This document shows positions 18,518-27,691 of a stretch of DNA of 48,280 nucleotides, in pieces. The translations under genes and the position numbers were made by a program. Under the pieces are notes generated by a model. The model did no database searches. It saw only the letters and a list, made by a program, of their open reading frames with translations, and was not told the origin of the DNA. Source of the stretch: Candidatus Bipolaricaulia bacterium (GTDB lineage Bacteria > Bipolaricaulota > Bipolaricaulia > RBG-16-55-9); assembly GCA_042219045.1 (NCBI GenBank), contig JBDGQO010000089.1, positions 1-48,280 on the forward strand, given 5' to 3'. The first letter of the stretch is position 1; each line of letters begins with the position of its first letter.

Positions 18518-19432
18518 TCAACTCCATTCCTCGCTCACCCTCTTCAGGAGCTCGGCCGACAGCTCCAGGTTGTGCGGCCGGACGTGTTCGACGTTGGCCC
18601 CCAATGGAACGCCCAGCGTTTCCGCCTGGGAACGCGCCGCCACCCGATGGAGCAGCTGAATGGCCATGTCGATCGACCGCCAGCCGATGCCCAGCGAGCT
18701 TCCCATTAAGGCCCGGCGCCCCCTCGGATCGAACTGGACCCCCCACGCTTCCAGAAACGCCACGTCCCGGCGCCCCGACACGGGCGCCACGCTCAAGATC
18801 AGCGGCCGCGGTCGGCAGCCGTTCTCAAGACAAAGGCGATGATAATCCGCGATAAGCCGACATGTCGAGTCGCCCTCGCCGAGGATCTGGGTGATGAAGA
18901 AGTCGATGCCGGCTTCCGTCTTGGCCAGGAGGCGCTCGCTTTCGTCTCGGCGATCAGGAACCGCAATGCCCCCTAAACGGACGCGGTCGCCGTCGGCCGC
19001 GCGGATGCGGCGAGTTGCCTCCGTGACGAATGGGCCGGGCACGGGCGACCGTTCAGGGGCGCCACCCGCCAGAACCAATGACGGGTCGCCTTGCTCCTCG
19101 ATCGTGCGTCGCAGCCACGTCGCATGTTGGGCCCAGGGATAATCGCGGATTGCGCGATTGAGGAGCCAGTCGGGTGGGGTGTCCAGGCGTCGGTCCATGG
19201 CGCGCGCAAAGGCACGCGGGGCAAGCTTGGGCACGAACCGGGGGCGCGGGGAGCGGGGATCAGGCCGAACTTGGGGGAGGTGAACCGCGTCGAGGCGCGC
19301 TTGGCGCCGCAGCCGCTCGAGCGACTGCGCGACCGCGTCCAGCTCGGTCCGTGAGGCGCTTCGGGGCGGCGGCACGAAGGTGTGGATCAAGAGCCGGCGT
19401 TGGGGGTCGTCCAACCGTTCGCGGAAGGCCAT
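18518..19432 (-). CDS. Methylenetetrahydrofolate reductase-fold protein, resembling the mycobacterial monomeric type
   Basis: FVPPP, RPRFVPKL, GGIAVPDRRDESERLLAKTEAGIDFFITQIL fit an MTHFR-like barrel. Confidence 0.6.
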   Translation of the reverse strand: MAFRERLDDPQRRLLIHTFVPPPRSASRTELDAVAQSLERLRRQARLDAVHLPQVRPDPRSPRPRFVPKLAPRAFARAMDRRLDTPPDWLLNRAIRDYPWAQHATWLRRTIEEQGDPSLVLAGGAPERSPVPGPFVTEATRRIRAADGDRVRLGGIAVPDRRDESERLLAKTEAGIDFFITQILGEGDSTCRLIADYHRLCLENGCRPRPLILSVAPVSGRRDVAFLEAWGVQFDPRGRRALMGSSLGIGWRSIDMAIQLLHRVAARSQAETLGVPLGANVEHVRPHNLELSAELLKRVSEEWS

Positions 19433-19506
19433 GGTTTTTGCCAGATTGGCTCTCGGCTCGGCAACGTCGCCGCGACGGCCTCGCCCGTGGCGTCGATGGA
19501 AACGGG

Positions 19507-19986
19507 CTAGTCCGGCTGAGAGCCATGGACCGCATTCAACGTCCGGACCGTCTCGATCAGGCTCTCCGCGGCTTCCGCTCCCTTGTTCGACTTGAGCCCG
19601 GCGCGTGCTTGGGCTTGCTCTGGCGTATCGCAGGTCAAGACGCCATTGGCGAGCGGCACCGGCCCGTCCAACGCCACTCTGGTGAGGCCGTCGGTCACGG
19701 AGCGACAGACGTAGTCGAAGTGGGGCGTGTCACCGCGGATGACGCAGCCCAACGCCACGACGCCGTCGTAGCGTTCGCTGTGCGCGAGCGCTTGCGCGGC
19801 CCGGGGCAGTTCAAACGAGCCGGGCACCCAGACGGCGTCGATGGCCTCGGCGTCGACCCCGAGGCGCGTCAGGCGATCCTGCGCGCCCTGTTGCAAGGCG
19901 TCGGTGATCGAGGGGTTGAAGCGGGAGACGGCGATCGCGACGCTCAGGCCGCGGCCGTCCAGGCGGACATTAAGCGTCGTTCCCAT
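19507..19986 (-). CDS. ribH: 6,7-dimethyl-8-ribityllumazine synthase
   Basis: [33 protein letters not shown]. Start set at ATG 19986. Confidence 0.96.
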   Translation of the reverse strand: MGTTLNVRLDGRGLSVAIAVSRFNPSITDALQQGAQDRLTRLGVDAEAIDAVWVPGSFELPRAAQALAHSERYDGVVALGCVIRGDTPHFDYVCRSVTDGLTRVALDGPVPLANGVLTCDTPEQAQARAGLKSNKGAEAAESLIETVRTLNAVHGSQPD

Positions 19987-21208
19987 CGGCGACGGGGGCC
20001 TCCGTGAAGAGATGGGCGAGGTCATGGCCCATCTTTTCGTACTTTGCCTTCAGGTACTCGTAGTTGGCCGTGGTGGGCGAGGTGGCCAGCGGCAGCTGTT
20101 CCGTGATGCGCAGGCCGTAGCTCTCGAGGCCGACGACCTTCTTCGGATTGTTGGTCAGAACCCGCAGCGTGGACATCCCCAGGTCGCGCAGGATCTGGGC
20201 GCCGATCCCGTACTCGCGCAGGTCCTCGTGGAAGCCGAGCTCCTCGTTGGCCTCCACGGTGTCCAGGCCCTGGTCCTGGAGGTGATAGGCGCGAATCTTG
20301 TTGGCCAGGCCGATGCCGCGGCCCTCTTGGCGGAGGTAGATGAACGCCCCCCGGCCCTCCTCGGCGATGCGCGCCAGGGCCGTCTCCACTTGGGAGCCGC
20401 AGTCGCACTTGAGCGAGTGGAAGACGTCGCCGGTGAGGCACTCCGAATGGATGCGCACCAGCACGTCGTCTCGATCGCGAACGTCGCCTTTGACCAGCGC
20501 GATGTGCTCCTTGTCGTCGATGCGGCTCCGATACGCGACGATGCGGAAGTCGCCATGGCGCGTGGGCAGCTTGGCCTCGGCGGCCCGATCGACGAGGGCT
20601 TCCTGGGCATGGCGATACCGAATCAGATCGGCGATGCTGATCAGCTTCAATCCATGGGTGCGCGCGAACGCCTGCAGGTCGGGCAGCCGCGCCATGGAGC
20701 CGTCCTCGTTCATGATCTCGCAGATGACGGCCGCCGGGGAGAGGTTGCCCAGGCGCGCCAAGTCGACGCTCGCCTCGGTGTGGCCCGCCCGTTGCAGCAC
20801 GCCGCCCGGCTTGGCGCGCAAGGGGAAGACGTGGCCCGGCTGGATGAAGTCGGCGTTCGTGGCGTTCGGGTCGAGCAGACGGGAAATCGTGGCAGCGCGG
20901 TCGTAGGCCGAGGTGCCCGTGCTCGTCTCGTGGCGGGCGTCGACACTCACGGCGAACGCACAGCCGTCGTGATCCGGGTCGTTGGGCGTCATCATCGGGA
21001 TCTCGAGCTCGTCCAGGCGCTCCGGCTCCATCGGCGTACAGATGATCCCGCGGGCGTGGGTCGCCATGAAGTTGATCGCCTCGGGGGTCGCCCGGTCGGC
21101 GGCGAGGATCAGGTCGCCCTCGTTTTCGCGGTCCTCGTCGTCGACGGCGATGATCATCTCACCCCGGCGCAACGCCTCGATCGCGTCGTCGATGGGGTCG
21201 AAGGTCAT
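19970..21208 (-). CDS. ribBA: Bifunctional DHBP synthase / GTP cyclohydrolase II
   Basis: [24 protein letters not shown], then [28 protein letters not shown]. Confidence 0.96.
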   Translation of the reverse strand: MTFDPIDDAIEALRRGEMIIAVDDEDRENEGDLILAADRATPEAINFMATHARGIICTPMEPERLDELEIPMMTPNDPDHDGCAFAVSVDARHETSTGTSAYDRAATISRLLDPNATNADFIQPGHVFPLRAKPGGVLQRAGHTEASVDLARLGNLSPAAVICEIMNEDGSMARLPDLQAFARTHGLKLISIADLIRYRHAQEALVDRAAEAKLPTRHGDFRIVAYRSRIDDKEHIALVKGDVRDRDDVLVRIHSECLTGDVFHSLKCDCGSQVETALARIAEEGRGAFIYLRQEGRGIGLANKIRAYHLQDQGLDTVEANEELGFHEDLREYGIGAQILRDLGMSTLRVLTNNPKKVVGLESYGLRITEQLPLATSPTTANYEYLKAKYEKMGHDLAHLFTEAPVADGNDA

Positions 21209-21269
21209 GGGGAGGTGCACCTCGCTTTGCTTGCTCCTGTCGCGTCCATGAGGTCAGCGTCCGCGAAAC

Positions 21270-21887
21270 TCAGCCCCGCGGCGACGCCGGGTTCACCCTC
21301 AAATCAGTGGTTCTCAGCTGTTTCTGCACGTATTTTCCGAGCATGTCAAACTCGACATTCACTCTATCCCTTGGCGACAGCCCCTGCAAGGTCGTCTCCC
21401 GCAGCGTATGGGGGATGACGGCCACACGGAATCGCCCTTGGCTGACGTCGTAGCACGTCAGGCTGATCCCGTCGACGGCCACCGATCCCTTCTCGATGAG
21501 CAACGCATCGTGCTGGGAGTCCACCGCGAACGTGAACTCCCAGTGGTCGTCCAGGATCTCGATCGCGGTCACCTCGCCGACCGCGTCGACATGGCCCTGG
21601 ACGAAGTGCCCCCCCAATCGATCCGACGGCGCCAGCGGCAGCTCCAGGTTCACCGCCTCGCCCGCTTCGAGCGCGCCCAGCGTCGTGCGGCGCCGCGTCT
21701 CCGGACTCAAGTCGACGGCCAACGTCCCTTCGGCGGTGTCGAGCTCCACCGCCGTCAGGCAGGCGCCGTTGACGGCCGCGCTGTCGCCCGGGGCCAATTG
21801 ATCCACCAACGCCGGCGCATAGAGGGCCAGACGATCTCCATGGCGCTTGTGCACCTGGCCGCAATGTCGGACAATGCCGGTAAACAT
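21270..21887 (-). CDS. ribE: Riboflavin synthase (alpha subunit)
   Basis: MFTGIV N-terminus, VNGACLT, VNLE, GGHFVQGHVD, KGSVAVDGISLT, IPHT. Confidence 0.95.
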   Translation of the reverse strand: MFTGIVRHCGQVHKRHGDRLALYAPALVDQLAPGDSAAVNGACLTAVELDTAEGTLAVDLSPETRRRTTLGALEAGEAVNLELPLAPSDRLGGHFVQGHVDAVGEVTAIEILDDHWEFTFAVDSQHDALLIEKGSVAVDGISLTCYDVSQGRFRVAVIPHTLRETTLQGLSPRDRVNVEFDMLGKYVQKQLRTTDLRVNPASPRG

Positions 21888-22012
21888 TCCCCAAATCATA
21901 CCATACGGGGGACGACGCTTCGATGACTCAAATCAGCACGGCCAGTTGCACTCCCGCCATTCCCGGACTAGACTAGGCACGAATTCTGATCGGGAGGGCC
22001 TTTCGACCTGTC

Positions 22013-24007
22013 GTGGCATGTCTCCGTCGCCCGCTCCATCTCGTCCCGGCGCTTCTCGGCATTGCGCTGCTCATCGGGATCGGCCACCCGGCAGCCGCTC
22101 AAGCGCCTGAGGCCGAAGTCCGCTCAGACCAAGGCACGGCGTCCGTCAACGTTCGCACCTCGTTGAACGACTATCTCCTGTCGGCCGAGGGCGGGCTGAT
22201 GAAGAGCGCCTACGTCCACTTTGTGCCCCTGCGGACGTTTATTTTCCCATCACCGTGGCCCGCTCAGGAGGTCCTGGCGACGACCACCGTCAGCTCGGAG
22301 AACGGCGATCTCAAGCGCAACTACACGAACAGCACGGACGACATCCTGAGCCAGGTCGGCCTCGAGTCCGTCGACGCGTTGAAGGCCCTGACGCTGGAAC
22401 AGGCCGCGCAGATCTTGGGACGGTCCCTGGCCCAGCTCAAGGACGCCTTCGGCCCCGAAGCCGTTCGCAAACTCCGGACAGAGTACGGCGTCGAGGCCTT
22501 CGCCGACCTCGCCGGCCGGACGCTGGGCAACCTGCTGGCGTCGACGTCGCTGACCGCGGAGGACGTTCTGAATCAGGCGTTCAGTCCGAGCTTCCCCTTC
22601 GAGTTGATCCTGGATGGGAAATCGACCGCCGACCTGTCCCACGAAATCGACGTCGATCGCGGCAGCAATGCGACGACGGTCACCATGACCGGCGAGACGA
22701 ACGCCATCCGCATCACGAAGACGTTCCGCTTCACCAACAACCCGACCTATCGCTTCCGCACCGAGCTGACGCTGGAGAACACGAGCGAGACCCCCGTCCA
22801 AATGGCCGACGGGCTCCGGCTGTCGCTCGGGCCGGGGGTCGGCCAAAATCCCGACTTCGCTGCGCAAACCCGGTTCCTCGTCGACGGCGAAATCCAGGAC
22901 GATGTGGACGACAACGATCGCATTCAAGGCCTCGGCTTCAAGGGCCAGGCCCTGACGTTCTTCGTCAAAGGCTTGAACGCGGCCGAAGGCTGGCGAGCCC
23001 GCACGGCCAACGGGACGCTTCAGGCTCACCTGGCGCCGCTGACGCTCCAGCCCGGCGAACGATACACCGTCAACCTCGACGCGGTTGGCGGCCGCGCGAA
23101 GCATCTCCTGCTCAAGCAGCTCGGGTTGGGCGATCTTGCCCCGCCCGGCTTTCTCAGCCAGTTCGTCATCTACGTGGGCCAGATGCTCAACTGGTTTTTC
23201 AGCTGGACGGGCAACTACGGCTGGGCGATCATCCTGTTTACGCTCGTGACGCGCATTGCGCTCTTTCCGCTCATGCGCAAGCAGTTCCACAACATGAGCA
23301 AGATGCAGGAGTTCAGCCCCAAGCTGCAGCAGCTGAAGGAAAAATACCCCAACTACAAGAAGCTGAAGGAGCTCCACCCGAACTGGAGCGAGGAGGCCCT
23401 CCGCAAGCGCGATCGCGAGAACCGCCAGTCTATGCAGCAAAAGCAGATGGAGCTCATGCGCGAGGAGGGCGTCAACCCCCTCAGCGGCTGTCTGCCCATG
23501 TTGGTCCAGATCCCCATCCTGATTCTGCTCTATCGGGCCATCATCGAGAACGCCGAGGCGATCCATCTGAGCCCCGGCTTCCTCTGGATGCCGGACCTTG
23601 CCACCCAGGATCCGACCTGGATCATCATGATTCTCACCGTCGGCACCCTGTTGCTGCAGAGCAAGACCAACCCGATGCAGTCCTCGTCGCCGCAGAGCGC
23701 CAGCCAGCAGAACGTCATGATGATCTTCATGGGCGGGTTCATGCTCGTCGCGCTGCACAACTTCCCGGCCGGCTTGTGGATGTATTACTTCCTCACCAAC
23801 GTGGTCCAAGTGACCCAACAGGTGCTGGTCAAGTGGGAGATGAACCAGGAGAAGGCGAAAAAGGCCGCCTCGGGCGAGGCCGCCCAGCCGTCCCAGGCGG
23901 CTGAAGCCGAAGCCGCCATCGATCCGGAGCGACTGGACCAGACGCCAAATATGCCCGAGACGGAGAACCCGGACAGCGACGACGAACGGGATCAACGCTC
24001 CTCATGA
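22013..24007 (+). CDS. yidC: Membrane protein insertase YidC with a large extracytoplasmic domain
   Basis: GNYGWAIILFTLVTR..LFPL, KMQ..PKL, GVNPLSGCLPMLVQIPI, FLWMPDL..DP, FPAGLWMYY. N-terminal signal or anchor. Confidence 0.92.
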   Translation: MACLRRPLHLVPALLGIALLIGIGHPAAAQAPEAEVRSDQGTASVNVRTSLNDYLLSAEGGLMKSAYVHFVPLRTFIFPSPWPAQEVLATTTVSSENGDLKRNYTNSTDDILSQVGLESVDALKALTLEQAAQILGRSLAQLKDAFGPEAVRKLRTEYGVEAFADLAGRTLGNLLASTSLTAEDVLNQAFSPSFPFELILDGKSTADLSHEIDVDRGSNATTVTMTGETNAIRITKTFRFTNNPTYRFRTELTLENTSETPVQMADGLRLSLGPGVGQNPDFAAQTRFLVDGEIQDDVDDNDRIQGLGFKGQALTFFVKGLNAAEGWRARTANGTLQAHLAPLTLQPGERYTVNLDAVGGRAKHLLLKQLGLGDLAPPGFLSQFVIYVGQMLNWFFSWTGNYGWAIILFTLVTRIALFPLMRKQFHNMSKMQEFSPKLQQLKEKYPNYKKLKELHPNWSEEALRKRDRENRQSMQQKQMELMREEGVNPLSGCLPMLVQIPILILLYRAIIENAEAIHLSPGFLWMPDLATQDPTWIIMILTVGTLLLQSKTNPMQSSSPQSASQQNVMMIFMGGFMLVALHNFPAGLWMYYFLTNVVQVTQQVLVKWEMNQEKAKKAASGEAAQPSQAAEAEAAIDPERLDQTPNMPETENPDSDDERDQRSS

Positions 24008-24492
24008 AGCCGGAAGCCGTCGACGCCGCACGCAACTACTTCTACGAGCTGTTGGATATCCTTGGGGAGACGGGCCAGATCGAGGTCTTTCGCGAGACCG
24101 ATCGCGAGCTCGGCCTCAACCTCCAGGGCGTCCAGACGTTCGCCGATGCCGACTCGCAGACGCTGCGCTCGCTGGGTTATCTCGCCGAGATCGCGCTCCG
24201 TCGCCAGCACGACGAGCGCGCCCACATTGAGCTCGACGTCAACGGACAGCGCAAGGCCCAGCTGTCCGAGTTGCGCTCCGCCGCCCGCGCGCGAGCCCAC
24301 GAAGCCCAACAGACCGGCCACAAGGTCGAGCTCGACCCGATGGCGGCGTTCGAGCGCAAGGCAATCCACGAGGCGCTCAGCGACTTCACGGGCGTCAAGA
24401 CCTACAGCGTGGGGCGAGGGCCGAAACGCCGAATCGTCATCGAGCCGATCGAGTCGTCATCCGCTGACGACGACACGTCTGACCACGGCTGA
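24004..24492 (+). CDS. jag: Jag/KhpB-like RNA-binding protein (degenerate KH + R3H; no Jag_N domain)
   Basis: Directly after yidC (ATGA overlap). ELDVNG, LDPMAAFERKAIHEAL (R3H), TYSVGRGPKRRIVI. Confidence 0.8.
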   Translation: MKPEAVDAARNYFYELLDILGETGQIEVFRETDRELGLNLQGVQTFADADSQTLRSLGYLAEIALRRQHDERAHIELDVNGQRKAQLSELRSAARARAHEAQQTGHKVELDPMAAFERKAIHEALSDFTGVKTYSVGRGPKRRIVIEPIESSSADDDTSDHG

Positions 24493-24579
24493 GCGGAACC
24501 ATCGGACCATCGGCGGATTGCCCAAGCGATAACCATGCTCGGTCGGGATGACGGGCCATCGATCCGAAGGCGGCCATGA

Positions 24580-25044
24580 TCAGTTCCAGGGCAACACGAA
24601 CTCCCAGTTGGGGCCCCGGAAGTACGTGCCGATGATGATCAGCGCGATGTAGACCACGATGGACAGCGTGAACAGCGTGACCGAGACGGGCCGCTTGTGC
24701 AGGCGGCGACCCGGCTTCTCGCCGTTGTTGAAGACCTCAATGTAGGGCTCGATGAACGGCAAAGCTATCCAGAAGCCGACGAACACGGCCGGCGCAATGA
24801 CGCCACCCAGGGCGATGGAGTTGAGGAAGCCGCCCAGGTTGGGAGCGATGGCCAACAGCTCCTGGATGCCGAGCAAGTACCAGGGGGCTTTCTCCGGGTT
24901 CGGGGTGAAGTCGGGCGTGGCCGCCTGTTCCAGGGGGGCGTCCACGAACAGCGCGTAGATGCTCAGCCCGGCGACCAGCACAAAGAGAATGATGACCACG
25001 ACATAGAGATAGTACGGATACATCAGGACTTCTTCGTCGTCCAT
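24580..25044 (-). CDS. petD: Cytochrome b6f/bc complex subunit IV (cytochrome b C-terminal part)
   Basis: APLEQAATPDFTPNPEKAPWYLLGIQELL aligns with the PEWY loop. Three TM helices and RRLHKRP. ATG 25044 follows GAGGAGG. Confidence 0.85.
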   Translation of the reverse strand: MDDEEVLMYPYYLYVVVIILFVLVAGLSIYALFVDAPLEQAATPDFTPNPEKAPWYLLGIQELLAIAPNLGGFLNSIALGGVIAPAVFVGFWIALPFIEPYIEVFNNGEKPGRRLHKRPVSVTLFTLSIVVYIALIIIGTYFRGPNWEFVLPWN

Positions 25045-25090
25045 GAGAACCTCCTCTTGGCACGGCAATCAGGCGTTGTGCTCGCGGATG

Positions 25091-25690
25091 TCATACGAAT
25101 GACGTCGCCGGAATTCGGCCCTCGAAGTTCTGCAGCATCATGTCGATCGTCTTGGCCGTGAAGGGATGGCGCGAGGGAATCTCGCGCAACAGGTCGTTCT
25201 TGACGAGATAGATCAGCACGTCGCTCAGCACCTTCAAGTCGATCGGGTCGCCCCCGCCGTCGACGAGCGCGGCGGCCCGGCGACGGAGGTCGAGGACGCG
25301 ACCCCGGTCGATCCGCTCCGAGGAAGGGATATCGCCGAACGGCACGTGCTCGAGGCAGTAGTCGAGAACGTCCTCGAGCATCTCCGGGTCGATCTCGAGG
25401 GAGTCGGGGACCTCGTAGCCGGGGACCTCGATGACGAGGTCGCTCTCCATGTCAATCTGGCAGGAGAGGCGCCAGCCTTTGTCGATGCGGTCCTTGAGCA
25501 TGGCGTTCTCCGCGGCGTTCGGCTCGCCGCCGCCCTCGTTGACGCGGACGGCGCACGTGGCGCAGGTCCCGCGGCCCCCGCAGGTCGCCGGGAGGTTCTG
25601 GTCCCACTTGTTGTCCTGCAGAAACGTCAGGAGGTTGATCCCCTCTTCGAGCTCGATGTCCTTCTGGCCGAGAATCGTTAGCGTCGGCAT
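25091..25690 (-). CDS. 2Fe-2S (fer2) domain protein with a C-terminal domain of unknown function
   Basis: PATCGGRGTCATC...WRLSCQ gives four Cys ligands. About 100 aa of acidic, unrecognised sequence follows. Confidence 0.85.
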   Translation of the reverse strand: MPTLTILGQKDIELEEGINLLTFLQDNKWDQNLPATCGGRGTCATCAVRVNEGGGEPNAAENAMLKDRIDKGWRLSCQIDMESDLVIEVPGYEVPDSLEIDPEMLEDVLDYCLEHVPFGDIPSSERIDRGRVLDLRRRAAALVDGGGDPIDLKVLSDVLIYLVKNDLLREIPSRHPFTAKTIDMMLQNFEGRIPATSFV

Positions 25691-25718
25691 GGTTCACATC
25701 CTCCGTTCGTTCCCGTGG

Positions 25719-26654
25719 TTAGGAGGATTCCTCCGTCGCGGACCATTTTAACTCGCCCGCGACCTGCTGCAACTGCGTCTTCACGGCTTGGCCGCCCGGA
25801 AGGCACTTGGTGATGGGCGCCCGGCCCGTGGCGATCGCTTGGGCATACGCGTCGCACGTCGCGTACCCGCAGGCCTCGCAGTCGAAGCCCGGCAGGATCC
25901 GTCGGATCCGGCGAGCGGTCGGAGACGGCATGGCATCCTGGTCCGGCCAACGCAGCACCAGCGGCTTGTACAGCGCCACGGCCATGTCGCCCTGCACCGC
26001 CACTTGGCAGGAGACGAGCCAGCCCTCGTTCCGCTGCCGCGCGGTCAGCACCTTCCCGTAGTATTTCTCCGGCCAGTCGCGCGCGCCTCGGGTGACCTGG
26101 ACGCGGCAGGACGAGCACTGGCCCTTGCGCGGGCACTGCACCATGAGCCGATACCCCGCGCCCTCCAGCGCGTCCAACAACGAAGCGCCCTGCGGGACCT
26201 CCAACACGCGACCGTCGTTGTCGATCTGGACGAACGCGCGCGGCTGGCGCAGCTCACGGGCTTGCCAGGCGTAGAGCCCGATCACGTAGGTGAACCCGCC
26301 GACCTCCAACAACGGCCGCATTGAGGGGATCTCCAGGACGTGCGGGCCGGCCACGAGAATGAGCCCGATCAGGCCCAACAGCGTGGCATAACGGGCCTGC
26401 TGACCCTTCAAGACCTCGGGGATGTCGGCCTTGCGCCAGTGGTCGCGGGCGAGCTCGACGCTGCGGGTCAGGGCGTGCCAGAGGCCCGCACCGACGACCA
26501 TGTCGACGAGCGCTTCCGGCAGGCTCAGCTGCCATGCGGCCGCGCTGGCGATCACGCCGACCATCCCGAGCACGCCGGCGAGGACGGCAAATCGGAGGCC
26601 GTAATAGCACTGATCTTCCCAGGCGTGGCGATGCGCTTGAATTTCCGGTGTCAT
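25719..26654 (-). CDS. Membrane Fe-S protein: about 4 TM helices + NqrF-like 2Fe-2S domain + RnfB-type FeS domain
   Basis: Hydrophobic N third. QCPRKGQCSSCRV...VSCQ (fer2), then ILPGFDCEACGYATCDAYA..TKCLPGG (RnfB N-terminal 4Fe-4S motif). Confidence 0.8.
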   Translation of the reverse strand: MTPEIQAHRHAWEDQCYYGLRFAVLAGVLGMVGVIASAAAWQLSLPEALVDMVVGAGLWHALTRSVELARDHWRKADIPEVLKGQQARYATLLGLIGLILVAGPHVLEIPSMRPLLEVGGFTYVIGLYAWQARELRQPRAFVQIDNDGRVLEVPQGASLLDALEGAGYRLMVQCPRKGQCSSCRVQVTRGARDWPEKYYGKVLTARQRNEGWLVSCQVAVQGDMAVALYKPLVLRWPDQDAMPSPTARRIRRILPGFDCEACGYATCDAYAQAIATGRAPITKCLPGGQAVKTQLQQVAGELKWSATEESS

Positions 26655-27691
26655 TCCGATTCACCCGTGGCATACCCGAAGGGGCGCGGGGTCGTCCAGC
26701 GATTGAGCAACGGCACAAAGAGGTTGACCGCCAGCACGGAGAACGTCACGCCCTCGGGGAGCTGCGCGTAGGCCCGCAGCAGCACGACCAAGATCCCGAT
26801 GGCCAGCCCGTAGATCCACTTGCCGTTCGGCGTCATGGGGCTAGTCACGGGGTCTGTGGCCACCAATAGCGCCGTAAAGAGCGTTCCGCCCGCCAACAGA
26901 TGCGCCCCCGGGCTGCCGAGGTAGTACTCGGGGAAGAACATGCTGAACAGCGCCTGGCCCAACAGCACGGCGACGATCATCGATAGGGCGATGCGCCGAT
27001 CGATCGCGCGCGTGTACAACAGCCAGGCGCCCACGACAAGCAGCAACAATCCCGAGGTCGTGCCGAGCGCTCCGGGCGCTGTGCCCAGGAAGAGGTCGAG
27101 CAGGTCCAGCTCCGCGCCCTGACGGACGGCCAGCAAGGGGGGCGTCGCGCTCGTCGCCGACGTCCATTGGGCGAACCCGCCGGCGCCCCCGCGGATCGGC
27201 TCGAGCCAGCTCGCGCCCATGATGCCGGGGAAAATCGCCAGGAGAACCGCCTTGCCGACCAGCGCCGGATGGAAGAGGGTCCAACCGAGGCCGCCCAGCC
27301 CCTCGCGGGCCAGGCCGACAATCACCGAGCCCACGGCAACCAGCCACAGCGGCACGCCGGGAGGCAGCAGCAGCGCGTAGACCAAGAGCATGAGCACCGT
27401 CCCCTCGCTCAGCTCGCGGCCGCGGACCATGGCAACGACGAGCGAGGTCGCGCCCCCAACGGCCAGCGCGATCGCCCCGACCGTGAGCGCCTTCAGGCCG
27501 AAGAGATAAATGGACAGCAGGAACGCCAGCGTGGCTGCGATCGTCGGCGGGTTGAACAGGCGCTGCACGTTGCCGGCATCCCGAATGTAGGGCGGGCCGG
27601 TCACGGCGCGATCGCTGCCCCCGTAGAGGACCGAGTGCCAGAGCGCGGTCACGACGTCGGCGGGCCCCAAGCGTGGACGGTCCCGGTTCAT
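26651..27691 (-). CDS. rnfD: RnfD/NqrB family integral membrane flavoprotein
   Basis: PPYIRD, LLLPP, GGLG..LFHPALVG, TSATPPL (FMN-Thr site), PGALGTTS, ATDPVTSP, PEGVTFSVL..N, PRPFG. Confidence 0.9.
   Translation of the reverse strand: MNRDRPRLGPADVVTALWHSVLYGGSDRAVTGPPYIRDAGNVQRLFNPPTIAATLAFLLSIYLFGLKALTVGAIALAVGGATSLVVAMVRGRELSEGTVLMLLVYALLLPPGVPLWLVAVGSVIVGLAREGLGGLGWTLFHPALVGKAVLLAIFPGIMGASWLEPIRGGAGGFAQWTSATSATPPLLAVRQGAELDLLDLFLGTAPGALGTTSGLLLLVVGAWLLYTRAIDRRIALSMIVAVLLGQALFSMFFPEYYLGSPGAHLLAGGTLFTALLVATDPVTSPMTPNGKWIYGLAIGILVVLLRAYAQLPEGVTFSVLAVNLFVPLLNRWTTPRPFGYATGESE

Noticed and set aside
21888..22012. FMN riboswitch expected upstream of the rib operon
   Set aside because: The region is only about 125 nt, is shared with divergent yidC, and shows none of the conserved RFN sequence blocks.
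25045..25093. Possible TGA read-through fusing the 2Fe-2S protein to subunit IV; apparent EEVLM duplication
   Set aside because: The two ORFs are in different frames. The first EEVLM is just the translated GAGGAGG RBS before the real ATG at 25044.
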